This document shows, piece by piece, positions 36,928 to 46,620 of a stretch of DNA of 64,000 nucleotides. Origin of the DNA: a virus. Within the stretch, counting starts at the first letter, position 1, and each line of letters opens with the position of its first letter. The notes beneath the pieces were generated by a model. That model did not search any database. It saw only the letters and a program-made list of their open reading frames with translations, and was not told the DNA's origin. Made by a program: the position numbers and the translations under genes. The stretch lies in IMG/VR virus record IMGVR_UViG_3300022225_001767, one strand, 5' to 3'.

Positions 36928-38769
36928 ATGCATAACACACCATTAGCTTCTTTTAGCTCTATCGATGATCCTCAACTTCCAGTCGAGGTTATCCGTGTAA
37001 TCAAAGATCGTTTAGGTGACATACCATCATCAGGCATTGCCGCAGGCCAAGCGGTTGCCAGTGCCATCTTTTATCTTCTAGGTCTCCATGATGGCGTTTT
37101 CAACGACATTGACGTATTTCTCCCCAAATCAAGCGATATCGCTAAGCTCATGGGTGAGTCTTGGAACCCCAAACTTCGCGCAGACAATGACCTTGTTACA
37201 CTCACACACGGTTATCGAGAGACGGGTTTTTCTTCACCCGTTTTCAAAAAAGGTCATTATTACATCATTGGCTCATGCTATTTAGGCAACGTCAATATTG
37301 TTGTTGTCGACAATTTTAATCACTCCCAAATTGGCGCTCAGGATATCATTGGCGGTTTCGACATCAACGCATGTGAAGCAGCGATTGATCTTGAGTCTAT
37401 GACGCTTACGGTATCAGATGCCTTTCGAGACTTCATTAAACACTGGGTACTTGATATCACCACCTATCACACACCAGCACACACCGCGCTTCGCATTGCA
37501 AGAAAGTCACGAGCATTGAACGCTCGCGTCAACAGCACCGCCATGCTTCGTTTGCAAACCATGCTCGCCATCGCAGAAGCCGAAGAGCGACATTATTCGC
37601 TCAATTACACGCGCGGCATGCTAATGGCAGAAAATAACGCGGAAAAAGCAGCTAATGAGCCTCTGGTATGCGAGCACTTCACTTTCCGTGATGTAACCAT
37701 TCAAATTCCGATGGAAGAGGAAGAGGAAGCGTTCATGACGCTAATGCAGCTTTCACCAAAAGCCTGTCACGATGGCGTGGTGGACGCTTACATGTCAGTC
37801 ATTTCCTTTTTAGGGGCACCCGACTTTAGTGTTGCCGCCGCGATTTTTCCTTATCTATGGGATCGTGTCGCCAATAAAGGTGATGATAGCGCCGTGAAGT
37901 GGTTAATAGAAGAAGCGACCGCGCGCGACGCGATGAAACGGGATTGGTTGAGTCGCCCTCAGAGTGAAGAAGAAGAAGCGCTTTATGCAGAAGCATGCGA
38001 AAGGGGCGAGCGTCGTGATGCGCTACTGATGATCTTTATTTGCGCCTTAAGACACCATAACCCTCGTGTATTCAAGTCTCAATCAACATGCATTAACCGC
38101 GCGCTAAAAATGGCAGAGAAACACCCTTTAGCGTTCAGTAAAAATGAAAAGCACCTGACATCTCTAGATGATGCTATCTTGTTTGGGAAAAACCTAAACT
38201 GGTTAGAGAAAAAGCGACTTCATTTAGTGATAGGGATGTATGAAGATAACACGACCTTACTTCCCGCGCTGTCCAACAGACAGTATAAAGCAGCGTTAAT
38301 GCCAATTCTTGACGCCATTTTCTCTAGGATGGAGAACGAACGCGTGACGCCCATTGGAGAAAAGCTAGTCAATGCTCTTAACGCAACAGGCAAAATAAAA
38401 GTGACAGAGTTGACCTCAGAGCTAGAAATGCTTGAGCAAGGTTATGCACAAAAGCATTGTGTTGGTGGTTATTTTCATCAGGTAAAATCAAGGCAGTGTA
38501 TTATTCTTGATGTAGTAACACCTGAAGAGAAAAAATACACCGTGGAATACCGTGTAGTCACACGCGACGGCGAATTTGGTTTTACCAAAAACCAATGCAA
38601 AGGCGTCAACAACCGCCCCATGCCACAAGAGATTAAAAAGCTACTTCCTGAATTCTTCAGCGACAATGGGCACGAGAAAGAGTGGTTCCTAAAAAACACT
38701 TACGCTTCACAGCGAGGTCTACAAGGGAACGAGATAGATTTTGATTATGACGATGATATACCTTTTTAG
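36928..38769 (+). CDS. Class-II nucleotidyltransferase-like / PcfJ-domain fusion with SSB-like acidic tail
   Basis: AGQAVAS...NDIDVF, FDINACEAA, TPAHTALR; LTSELEMLEQGYAQKHCVGGY (PcfJ); ends DFDYDDDIPF. Confidence 0.7.
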   Translation: MHNTPLASFSSIDDPQLPVEVIRVIKDRLGDIPSSGIAAGQAVASAIFYLLGLHDGVFNDIDVFLPKSSDIAKLMGESWNPKLRADNDLVTLTHGYRETGFSSPVFKKGHYYIIGSCYLGNVNIVVVDNFNHSQIGAQDIIGGFDINACEAAIDLESMTLTVSDAFRDFIKHWVLDITTYHTPAHTALRIARKSRALNARVNSTAMLRLQTMLAIAEAEERHYSLNYTRGMLMAENNAEKAANEPLVCEHFTFRDVTIQIPMEEEEEAFMTLMQLSPKACHDGVVDAYMSVISFLGAPDFSVAAAIFPYLWDRVANKGDDSAVKWLIEEATARDAMKRDWLSRPQSEEEEALYAEACERGERRDALLMIFICALRHHNPRVFKSQSTCINRALKMAEKHPLAFSKNEKHLTSLDDAILFGKNLNWLEKKRLHLVIGMYEDNTTLLPALSNRQYKAALMPILDAIFSRMENERVTPIGEKLVNALNATGKIKVTELTSELEMLEQGYAQKHCVGGYFHQVKSRQCIILDVVTPEEKKYTVEYRVVTRDGEFGFTKNQCKGVNNRPMPQEIKKLLPEFFSDNGHEKEWFLKNTYASQRGLQGNEIDFDYDDDIPF

Positions 38770-38868
38770 AAAACGTAAGCTGCTGTTTTAAATGGTTTTT
38801 TATCTTAAGCGTATCATTTTTCAGCAGCGCCATCATTCTGAAACCCTGCATTAATCTCATGAAAAAAC

Positions 38869-38898
38869 GTTGACTTTGAGGTCAACATTTGAGATTAT
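38869..38898 (+). promoter_or_regulatory. sigma70 promoter with GTTGAC-N6-GTCAAC palindrome
   Basis: Palindrome 38869-38886; TTGACT-17-GATTAT. Confidence 0.65.
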
Positions 38899-38925
38899 GC
38901 TATTGTTAAACAAAGAGAGGAAACT

Positions 38926-39285
38926 ATGTCATTATCTGTTGTCGTGTCTCGAAACTCAATGAGCGAAAGCACCTATGCCAAAATTGAATTTGAACCACAA
39001 GGACACGTTTGTGATGCTGAAAGCCTAAAGGCGGGTATTACACGGGCTGTATCTCGCTGGATCAGTGAAACGGATATTGGCATGCAGGTTTGGTCAGCCA
39101 ATTGCCAAGACTTCAATATTGGCGACCTAGCTCTTCAAGACATTTCCGAAAACAGCGATTTAGGTCGACGGTTACGAGAGGAAGACGTGGTTATTGTCAA
39201 TCTTGAAGTAGACTCATGCGACAATACCTCATGGGCATTTGACGCGCCTCTTTTTGATGATGATGACATAAGCGAGCGTGTTTAA
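38926..39285 (+). CDS. Hypothetical acidic protein
   Basis: GAGAGG RBS. Confidence 0.7.
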   Translation: MSLSVVVSRNSMSESTYAKIEFEPQGHVCDAESLKAGITRAVSRWISETDIGMQVWSANCQDFNIGDLALQDISENSDLGRRLREEDVVIVNLEVDSCDNTSWAFDAPLFDDDDISERV

Positions 39286-39553
39286 TATGCCGAGTCAGGA
39301 TCCCCTTACCACCATTTTTGCAGAACAAGTTAAATCAGGCATGATGCTGGATTTGGAAAATGACGCTTATGCCGACCCCAAGGGCGACAATAATGCCTTT
39401 AAGGATAGCTATGTGACTGTAGATAGCGTTGAAATCGAAACTGAAGGGTGTGTTCGGATTGATTTCATTGATGCGGACAGCGTAGGCTTTCCGTTAAAAC
39501 ACAAACTCTATTTACATAACAATAGTGAGCTGGAACTCAGTGAAAGCCTGTAA
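39278..39553 (+). CDS. Hypothetical acidic protein
   Basis: Overlaps the previous stop (coupled). Confidence 0.6.
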   Translation: MFNMPSQDPLTTIFAEQVKSGMMLDLENDAYADPKGDNNAFKDSYVTVDSVEIETEGCVRIDFIDADSVGFPLKHKLYLHNNSELELSESL

Positions 39554-39868
39554 CCCTGTTGGGCATTTCATAGAGGGAGGTAACGCTTTTTTGTTACCAC
39601 AAACGCTGTCTTTTCACCATGAAAAGTGCGACTTTGACATCAATACATCAACAGGGGTGCTCTACACAAGCATCCCCTTGACACAAGAGAAGCAAAGGGT
39701 AGCATTAACACGCATCTTGTCTCACTTAAGGGCGTCGCGCAGCACTGTTCCTAAGTGTCACCACCGCACGTTACTCCAACTTAACCTTCGTATCATGAAG
39801 GCTAATCGACATGCTTGGCTCAATAAAAACAACACTTTTGCAAACAATATAACCAATTCGGTTAACTT

Positions 39869-40177
39869 ATGATTATCAACGAAATATCTGAACGGAAAAT
39901 AAGTGTCACTTGCGATGATGGCACTGAAATGGCGCTTCGCACAACACCTCAGCTAGGACACATTGCGTTTCCTAGTGAGCTATCGCATCATGCAAAAAGA
40001 CGGATAGCAAGCGCGGTAATCTCTCATTGGCGAAAAGCATCTCAAAAAACACTGAAGCGTATCACGCCATCAACCTCTCGAACATTGCGCAAGCGCTACA
40101 GTCAAAAACATCGCCACCAGCAAAATATAGCGAACGCTTTCCTTGATACCTATTCTCGCTACTGGTTAGGCCCGTAG
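39869..40177 (+). CDS. Hypothetical basic protein
   Basis: 102 aa, adjacent to the next gene. Confidence 0.5.
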   Translation: MIINEISERKISVTCDDGTEMALRTTPQLGHIAFPSELSHHAKRRIASAVISHWRKASQKTLKRITPSTSRTLRKRYSQKHRHQQNIANAFLDTYSRYWLGP

Positions 40178-40179
40178 CG

Positions 40180-40938
40180 ATGTTGCGCCTCTTACTATGC
40201 CTGTTTTCTTCACTTGTTGTAGTGGGTTGCACAACCACGCCAGTGAATGTAAACGAAGAGACAACGCCAGAACGTTGCACTGCATCCCCCCTTACCAATA
40301 CAGCACCCCAAAAAGGATGGTACCGTAACCCCTTTGTGCCAGATGCCTGTTTCTACTTATATCGTCAAGCAGAAGATTTTTTTGCGATAACTAAAACCAA
40401 GCTCTTCAACGACGCTCATGTCCACGAGGTTTTTGTTGACAAAATTGTCACCTCTCGTAACAGCCAGCCTCAAGCATGGCTTTTATACTACCCTAAACGC
40501 AATCGTTATCACGGTATTGTACTGGTAGACACAAAATCATCCGCGTTTACAACGTACCGAGACTTGACCAAAAAATTTCCATTGCTGCTTCAGCATCATC
40601 AGCTATTCGCCTATCTTCATGAACTCACACACCTTTCACCGCTCCTAACGTACAGTAAAACACCTGATTCAACGCAAGAGAGCATCGCCGATATTGTTGC
40701 GATAACAATGCTGTCGAATGTTATGCGCTTTAATGAAGTTCAACGCGAGCAACTAGCGAACGAAGTGCTTGCATTTCGCACGCTGTCTGTTGAGCTAGGT
40801 TACGCCATGCCCGAGCGAATAAATGTTGAGACGTTAAAATCATTCACGCTGACACTTCCCGTTATAAAGGGAAATGTAGACTACAACGGACTCATTGACG
40901 TTATGCTTGAGAGTGCTATAAATGTTGACTTAAAATGA
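40180..40938 (+). CDS. Lipoprotein with HExxH metallopeptidase-like motif
   Basis: Lipobox VVGC; LHELTH...QESIAD. Confidence 0.65.
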   Translation: MLRLLLCLFSSLVVVGCTTTPVNVNEETTPERCTASPLTNTAPQKGWYRNPFVPDACFYLYRQAEDFFAITKTKLFNDAHVHEVFVDKIVTSRNSQPQAWLLYYPKRNRYHGIVLVDTKSSAFTTYRDLTKKFPLLLQHHQLFAYLHELTHLSPLLTYSKTPDSTQESIADIVAITMLSNVMRFNEVQREQLANEVLAFRTLSVELGYAMPERINVETLKSFTLTLPVIKGNVDYNGLIDVMLESAINVDLK

Positions 40939-40967
40939 TTTTTTTGAGATAATTTATACGTCAACAC
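40925..40967 (+). promoter_or_regulatory. sigma70 promoter with GTCAACAC leader motif
   Basis: TTGACT-17-GATAAT-6-GTCAACAC(40960-40967), GAGGA, ATG 40982. Confidence 0.8.
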
Positions 40968-40981
40968 AATGAGGATTTAAC

Positions 40982-41992
40982 ATGCAATACGGCACCATCA
41001 CATCGCTTATTATTCAGCAATTCAACACGACTCACCCTGATGCAGAAAATCTGAATGACGAAGAGAGAGACGGCGTTCGTTTGATCATGAATCTCATTAA
41101 AGAAAGACAGGGATTTGATGCCGTGTTTTCTTTTTTTCCTAATTCACAGCTCTCGCGCGCTATCACCTATATCGATATGCTCAAAGAGCACCGTCAGAAA
41201 ATTGGACGTGTACGTATCTTCGGTGTGTTCGGCACAGACTACCGCTCTCAATGGTTTACCGACCGTAAAGAAGCCAATGATGCTTTTTTAGCAGAGGCGA
41301 AAAAGTCCGTGGAAGGCGATACGTTCACCTCAGGCCGAGACATTTCACTGTCACCCTCAATGGTAGATATCAGTGACCTGCATGAATATTTCGATGAAAA
41401 GGCAGTCGCTTCGTTTAAGCCAAATGAAGTCACACCTTTGACGTACCCAACCGACGATAGTGGCGAAGAAGACGCCCCTGTCTTATGGGAGCTTTTCACA
41501 GAAGAAGAGCGCGGCGAAATTTCAGAACAGATTGAATACATCAAGCGACGCACAAACAATACCACTGGCGAAGAACGCGCGCGCTTCGAAGCGCTACTCA
41601 ACGGTCATAATGCCGTGGTCAATTTCCTTAAGTCGCATTCAATAAATGATGACGTCATTAGGCTTTACCTTGATGAACTGACTGAAGATCAAATCCCCAA
41701 TGCACAAAGATGCGCACGGGAAGCGCTTAAAGTAAAGACATCACGAGGCATGATGACGCTCTACGTCGTTAAAGACGACTGCAAAAACTACTACATTAAG
41801 AAAGAAGATGCGATGCAAGATTACCTTGCCAGCGCAGCTAAACTTGCTAAAGCCGCGTCAGGAAGCCTCTATCTTGAAGCCTATGAAGAGGATTTTTTCA
41901 TCGAAGATGTTGGCGCACTTACTGGTCATGACAGCAGTTTGATTAACGACCACCTCGACGCCAACCCCGAACTCATCAAACCGGCCAGATAG
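40982..41992 (+). CDS. Hypothetical protein
   Basis: 336-aa ORF, good RBS. Confidence 0.75.
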   Translation: MQYGTITSLIIQQFNTTHPDAENLNDEERDGVRLIMNLIKERQGFDAVFSFFPNSQLSRAITYIDMLKEHRQKIGRVRIFGVFGTDYRSQWFTDRKEANDAFLAEAKKSVEGDTFTSGRDISLSPSMVDISDLHEYFDEKAVASFKPNEVTPLTYPTDDSGEEDAPVLWELFTEEERGEISEQIEYIKRRTNNTTGEERARFEALLNGHNAVVNFLKSHSINDDVIRLYLDELTEDQIPNAQRCAREALKVKTSRGMMTLYVVKDDCKNYYIKKEDAMQDYLASAAKLAKAASGSLYLEAYEEDFFIEDVGALTGHDSSLINDHLDANPELIKPAR

Positions 41993-42008
41993 CATCACGA
42001 TGCGCATA

Positions 42009-42347
42009 TCATCGGAATACCTTAAGAGGTATCAGTGTTATGCGCTCTTGCGTCTTCTTCAATATCGCTGGAGATGCTTCTATGGCGGCACTTAAGAACA
42101 AGTTGAGGTTCTTCTCATCTACCACGCAAGGCGAAGAAACCTTGTCTACAGGGGTAAGCAGCGTGACTTTATGAGGTGTCATGAAAGCATAGGTGTCAAT
42201 AAGCCTCATCATGGCATGATGACCTATTTCGTTCTCAACGGCGTCCACTATGCGAGAGAGCACGTGTTTGTCGGCCATAGCAAAAAACTCCGCGTCATCC
42301 TCTGTTATTGTCATGGCAGGATGAAACCGCACAACAACCTTGCTCAT
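42009..42347 (-). CDS. Hypothetical protein
   Basis: 112-aa ORF with RBS. Confidence 0.55.
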   Translation of the reverse strand: MSKVVVRFHPAMTITEDDAEFFAMADKHVLSRIVDAVENEIGHHAMMRLIDTYAFMTPHKVTLLTPVDKVSSPCVVDEKNLNLFLSAAIEASPAILKKTQERITLIPLKVFR

Positions 42348-42417
42348 ACACTTTTCCTCACTCGTTTCCGTCTTAACTATTATTTTAACACATAAGACAA
42401 TAATGCTATCAACAAAA

Positions 42418-42460
42418 TTGACACCCCAAGCTATTTTTGAGATAATAAGATGGTCAACAC
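42418..42460 (+). promoter_or_regulatory. sigma70 promoter with GTCAACAC leader motif
   Basis: TTGACA-17-GATAAT-6-GTCAACAC(42453-42460), AGAGG, ATG 42474. Confidence 0.8.
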
Positions 42461-42473
42461 AAGAGGATTCAAC

Positions 42474-43217
42474 ATGTCACGCTCTGAACGAAACAGAAAA
42501 AAACAAAACACGCAATCCACCATCAACACATTTATTCTTGCAGTGCAGGAAATTGAAACACGCTTTTACGTCTATTCCGATGTTACACTTTCTGCCCCTG
42601 TTCAAAAGCACAATCATTATAGCGTGACATTTTCACACGATGCGGATGCGTGCACCATTACCGTCACTGCAACAATTAACAATAACGCACCTGCAATCAA
42701 AATTCATGTCAGTGACGCCCCCGTAGATAAGATTGAAACCATCACGGGCCTACTGGTCGACTTAGCAAAAAAATATGGTGGTACGTGCGAAGCCGAAGAA
42801 GAGCAAAACGCGATAACACTCACCGCACCAGCGCTTTTTCCTGAATTATACATTACAGTCTGCCTTTGCTTAACCGGAAAACTCAACTTTGAGCCGCCAG
42901 CGATTGACGGCCCGGTCGTTAAATTGTCTACTCTTAATCGCCCCTCTTGGTTTAAAGACCCACGCTTCGTCGCGTGGTTAGATGACAGTCGTGGCATTAT
43001 GACGTTCCACAACAAGGGCGAAACGCTAGGCGAATGGTCAGACATCGTAGTATGGGTGGATTCAGACTTGACAGGCGAAGGTGACGCTAGCGATATGCCC
43101 GAGCCATTCTGGCGCGAGGTTGTTCGCACTGCGGCCGCTGCTAATAGCGGTGTGACTTCATCGGAAACCGGGCATTTTCCTGTTCGTATCACCAACATTG
43201 ACAGTGGAGCACAGTAA
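42474..43217 (+). CDS. Hypothetical protein
   Basis: First gene of a three-gene operon. Confidence 0.7.
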   Translation: MSRSERNRKKQNTQSTINTFILAVQEIETRFYVYSDVTLSAPVQKHNHYSVTFSHDADACTITVTATINNNAPAIKIHVSDAPVDKIETITGLLVDLAKKYGGTCEAEEEQNAITLTAPALFPELYITVCLCLTGKLNFEPPAIDGPVVKLSTLNRPSWFKDPRFVAWLDDSRGIMTFHNKGETLGEWSDIVVWVDSDLTGEGDASDMPEPFWREVVRTAAAANSGVTSSETGHFPVRITNIDSGAQ

Positions 43218-43753
43218 TGACGCAAACCAACTCACTTACGCATGGTGTTTTTGTCGCTTACTATCATAAGTCTATTATCCTTGTTGCAGAAGGTAAGCTT
43301 CACACCGCGCTCACCACTCCGTCTAATGAAAAGCTAACAGAAATGCTTGTTAATGCGACTAAAATCGCAGCTGAGAAAAACACGTTTGTTGATACAGTTA
43401 TTTTGCCTCACGTTGCTCAAAGCGATGAACCTGAGGACATACTCGCTCTCTTCCTCATGTTAATGCCACAAGGCGATAAGAGCTTTTGGTATATTATGAG
43501 CAAGCACCCTGATGATGTTTGGATTAATGATGAACCCGTATCGTCACACATGACAGTGACATCGAAATACCACGTTGATACGATGCCAGAGGCGCCTTTA
43601 TGGGACTTTGTTGTCGATGACCGTGTAACTGAAATAACGGTAAATGACTTTAATAAGGCAACCTTCGATAGCGAGTTCAACACGTGGGTATGCAACAGCT
43701 CTCGCGGCACGCTTCATATTGAAATGGAAGAGCCTCGCTTTGAAGACTGGTAA
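43217..43753 (+). CDS. Hypothetical protein
   Basis: TAATG stop/start overlap. Confidence 0.7.
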   Translation: MTQTNSLTHGVFVAYYHKSIILVAEGKLHTALTTPSNEKLTEMLVNATKIAAEKNTFVDTVILPHVAQSDEPEDILALFLMLMPQGDKSFWYIMSKHPDDVWINDEPVSSHMTVTSKYHVDTMPEAPLWDFVVDDRVTEITVNDFNKATFDSEFNTWVCNSSRGTLHIEMEEPRFEDW

Positions 43754-43779
43754 GCCACACTAATACACAATAAGGTTAC

Positions 43780-45054
43780 ATGATGAGCCGAACAGAGCCG
43801 CTTGATTACATGGGTGTACTATCCCTTAAGCATATCTCACCACCTTCTCCGATGGCATGCTTTGGCTCGCCTGAGCCTGCGCATCACTTGGTGGAACTTA
43901 CTTTCCATGAAGCCACATGGAAAGCCGAAACACGCCAGTCTATTGCGGGAAAACCAATAGCGCGGGTGGTGATGAGTAGCGCTCAGTTTGGTCACTTCAT
44001 CATGTTCCCGAGTGAACATGAGGGTTCGCCTGTTACATTAACGCACCGGGAAGGATTCTCATTAAGGGATTACGACCCTCAAGACGATGCAATCAAACAG
44101 ACGCTCAAAGATACCATCAATGCCGCCATTGGCGATTCTCCACAAGCCATAGAGTTTTTTGAACGCATCAACATCACACTTATCCAAGCGTTGGAAAATG
44201 GTCGCCTGAAAAAGCAAGAACAAGATGATGTCGCTCAAACGCTATCGCTAATAGCGTCTTATTTAAAGAGCAGTGAAGATTACTATATGCAGCAGGCTGA
44301 AGCTGCAATGAAACTACGCGCACAACGACTCTTTGCTGATTTATGTGGGATGATTAACGGCAGTCATGCATCAGTTCCATCACTGCCACTAGACAACAGC
44401 GCAGGCGAGACGTGCGACCCAGGTGCGCTTCTTTATGGCTGTGTTACCCATGGAGAAACACGACTTTTTGGCGACACGATGAGTAATGGTCGCTACTTCA
44501 ACTTGACGCTCTCTACAGCAACGGCCTCCTTGCTTACTGATCGCACCCGTTATCGCTATACCGCAGACAGAGAATTTTTGTCTGTCGGCGTAAGCCTTGA
44601 CTCGTATGCGCTTCTTATACAAGGTAGAATTAAACATATACCGGCGACTATCATGCGTCGAGAGAAAAAAGTTATCGAACGTGTTGATGTATCGCACACT
44701 CAAGAGCCAAGAGCGCGCGTTTCCGACGCAACAGGTAGCAGTAAACGCGATGAACTCATAGTGGCCTTAACTCAGTTTAGCGAGAGCATTCAACATCGTG
44801 GTGGCGGCAAAAAAGCAATAGCAGCATTAAAGGCGGACGTCGACGATATCTTCCAGCTATTTAAGCAGTACGGTGAGTTTGCCAACCCTATAAAACACAG
44901 GACTCTTGAAAAGGCCCTTCGAGATATCGAAGTGGAGACGGCGGCACAGCTTGATGATGAGATTGACGCGCTACCTGAGCAGGTTCGAGAACAGAAGGCG
45001 AACCAGGTGAAAGCGATTCTTTTAAGCGTCAAGCAAATTACAGACTCGCGGTAA
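43780..45054 (+). CDS. Hypothetical protein with internal two-fold duplication
   Basis: Two similar LT..A...R....MS/VS...P.T..R.E segments, each followed by a helical region. Confidence 0.7.
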   Translation: MMSRTEPLDYMGVLSLKHISPPSPMACFGSPEPAHHLVELTFHEATWKAETRQSIAGKPIARVVMSSAQFGHFIMFPSEHEGSPVTLTHREGFSLRDYDPQDDAIKQTLKDTINAAIGDSPQAIEFFERINITLIQALENGRLKKQEQDDVAQTLSLIASYLKSSEDYYMQQAEAAMKLRAQRLFADLCGMINGSHASVPSLPLDNSAGETCDPGALLYGCVTHGETRLFGDTMSNGRYFNLTLSTATASLLTDRTRYRYTADREFLSVGVSLDSYALLIQGRIKHIPATIMRREKKVIERVDVSHTQEPRARVSDATGSSKRDELIVALTQFSESIQHRGGGKKAIAALKADVDDIFQLFKQYGEFANPIKHRTLEKALRDIEVETAAQLDDEIDALPEQVREQKANQVKAILLSVKQITDSR

Positions 45055-45153
45055 ATTGTGAATATTTAGTTACAAAAGATGCATACCTATTGACAAAACG
45101 CTGTGTTTGTTGCTAATATAGCACTCGTTAACCACCACAAAAGGAATAACGCG

Positions 45154-45345
45154 ATGTCTATGACCCATACAATGAAACGCAAATGGCGATCAGCGGTTTT
45201 AAACACCTTGCGTAAGAAAAAGCAATTGACAGACACCTGTAAGGTGACGGCAATTAAAGGCTGCGGTACCGTTAAAACAGCATGCGGTAAAACACTGTCT
45301 TCCGGCATTACAGCGACGCAATTTGAAGCTATTCATAGTTTCTAA
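45154..45345 (+). CDS. Small basic hypothetical protein
   Basis: Own promoter TTGACA..TAATAT with variant motif GTTAACCAC, AGGA RBS, downstream hairpin 45363-45386. Confidence 0.55.
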   Translation: MSMTHTMKRKWRSAVLNTLRKKKQLTDTCKVTAIKGCGTVKTACGKTLSSGITATQFEAIHSF

Positions 45346-45532
45346 CACAACACCCACACCTCAATGCGCTTCAATAGGAGCGCATTCGCAATCCCCTAAA
45401 CTGCAAATAAACCTCCCTATAGCGACATTTTCACCAATTAAGGCTTTACAGCTGCCTCATCTCAAGCTACCCTGAACAAATAATAGGCGGATTAACCTCT
45501 CGCAGCACCATTAACCAAATTGAGTTCACATT

Positions 45533-46168
45533 ATGATAAAGCACGCAGTGACATTTTTTACAGCAGCACTTCTTTCCTTGCCAGTGGCCGCAGATCTACT
45601 CGTCAACGGGAGCTTTGAGGATGAGAATGTCGCTAATAACAGCTGGAAAGCATTTTCTCCTGATCAGGTTGATGGCTGGGATGGCTCTTGGATAGAAGTG
45701 TGGGATGGGCTTTTCGGTCGCGTGGCCGCCGATGGTGAACAGTTTGCCGAATTAAACTCAGTCAATAAAGGAAATTATTCGCCTTTTACACTGTATCAAA
45801 GTGTTGGTGTTGAAGCCGGTGGCCTATACAACGTTAACTTTGCTTACCAGGCTCGACAAAACACCGAAGAAGCATTTACTTTTTCTCTTCTCGACAGCAC
45901 GGGCAATGCTTTTTTCTCGCAAGATATCATTCATAACGACACCTCAACATGGACACGTTTTGATTACAATTTTGCCGCGCCGGATGAAATGGTCACCGTG
46001 TCATTCTCCAGTATCACGACAGGTACATTAGGCAACCTTATTGATGATGTCTCGCTTTCTCAATCTAACGACAATATCAGTACGGATGTTACTTGGTCAG
46101 GCAGTGCCGTCATCGCCCTATTACCGATTGCCTTTATCGCATTACGACGAAGAACACATCGACGTTAA
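45533..46168 (+). CDS. Secreted DUF642/CBM-like protein with PEP-CTERM-like tail
   Basis: LLVNGSFED; C-terminal TM segment plus RRRTHRR. Confidence 0.7.
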   Translation: MIKHAVTFFTAALLSLPVAADLLVNGSFEDENVANNSWKAFSPDQVDGWDGSWIEVWDGLFGRVAADGEQFAELNSVNKGNYSPFTLYQSVGVEAGGLYNVNFAYQARQNTEEAFTFSLLDSTGNAFFSQDIIHNDTSTWTRFDYNFAAPDEMVTVSFSSITTGTLGNLIDDVSLSQSNDNISTDVTWSGSAVIALLPIAFIALRRRTHRR

Positions 46169-46172
46169 GAAC

Positions 46173-46199
46173 AAAAAAACCAGCATAAGCTGGTTTTTT
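46173..46199. terminator. Bidirectional terminator
   Basis: AAAAAAACCAGC-ATAA-GCTGGTTTTTT. Confidence 0.85.
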
Positions 46200-46227
46200 A
46201 TGATTTTTCATCTTACAAAATGGCGCA

Positions 46228-46377
46228 CTAGTCGGCTTCGTAATCGTCACCGGGGAATTGCGCCAGGTTACGCCAACCTCTATACTTTTTCATGTAAATT
46301 GGATCATCTGGCATCGTTGGTTCTTTGCAATCCAGGCAATCTTGATAGGCCTGTGAGTTCTTCTGATCGTCTGTCAT
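46228..46377 (-). CDS. Small protein (49 aa), not in the ORF track
   Basis: GGGGAG RBS; MTDDQKNSQAYQDCLDCKEP...DDYEAD*. Confidence 0.45.
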   Translation of the reverse strand: MTDDQKNSQAYQDCLDCKEPTMPDDPIYMKKYRGWRNLAQFPGDDYEAD

Positions 46378-46401
46378 TGGCGTTATTCTCCCCGTGTGCT
46401 T

Positions 46402-46554
46402 TTACACTGCATTGCGCTTTGTAGACAGCTTTACAGCCTGACGAAGGCTGGTTTTGGTTCCTTTGCGGCTTTTAGCACGTTTAGGCACCTTGCTGTCTTT
46501 TGAGCGGTTAAAACAGTGATTTCTACCATGGGTGTCTGATGTGTATGGCTTCAT
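46402..46554 (-). CDS. Small basic protein (50 aa), not in the ORF track
   Basis: AGAGG RBS; MKPYTSDTHGRNHCFNRSKDSKVPKRAKSRK... Confidence 0.5.
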   Translation of the reverse strand: MKPYTSDTHGRNHCFNRSKDSKVPKRAKSRKGTKTSLRQAVKLSTKRNAV

Positions 46555-46620
46555 AACTTCCTCTTTATTTTTTTCTGCTTTGTTTTTGTTTTAATTATAA
46601 TACCACAAGCTCAACCTAAA

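Noticed and set aside
38848-38856. Target for the candidate TnpB guide (GCATTAAT match)
   Set aside because: Only 8 nt match, which is expected by chance
39525-39872. 115-aa ORF from the track
   Set aside because: No RBS, overlaps the upstream gene, and contains a likely promoter region for 39869
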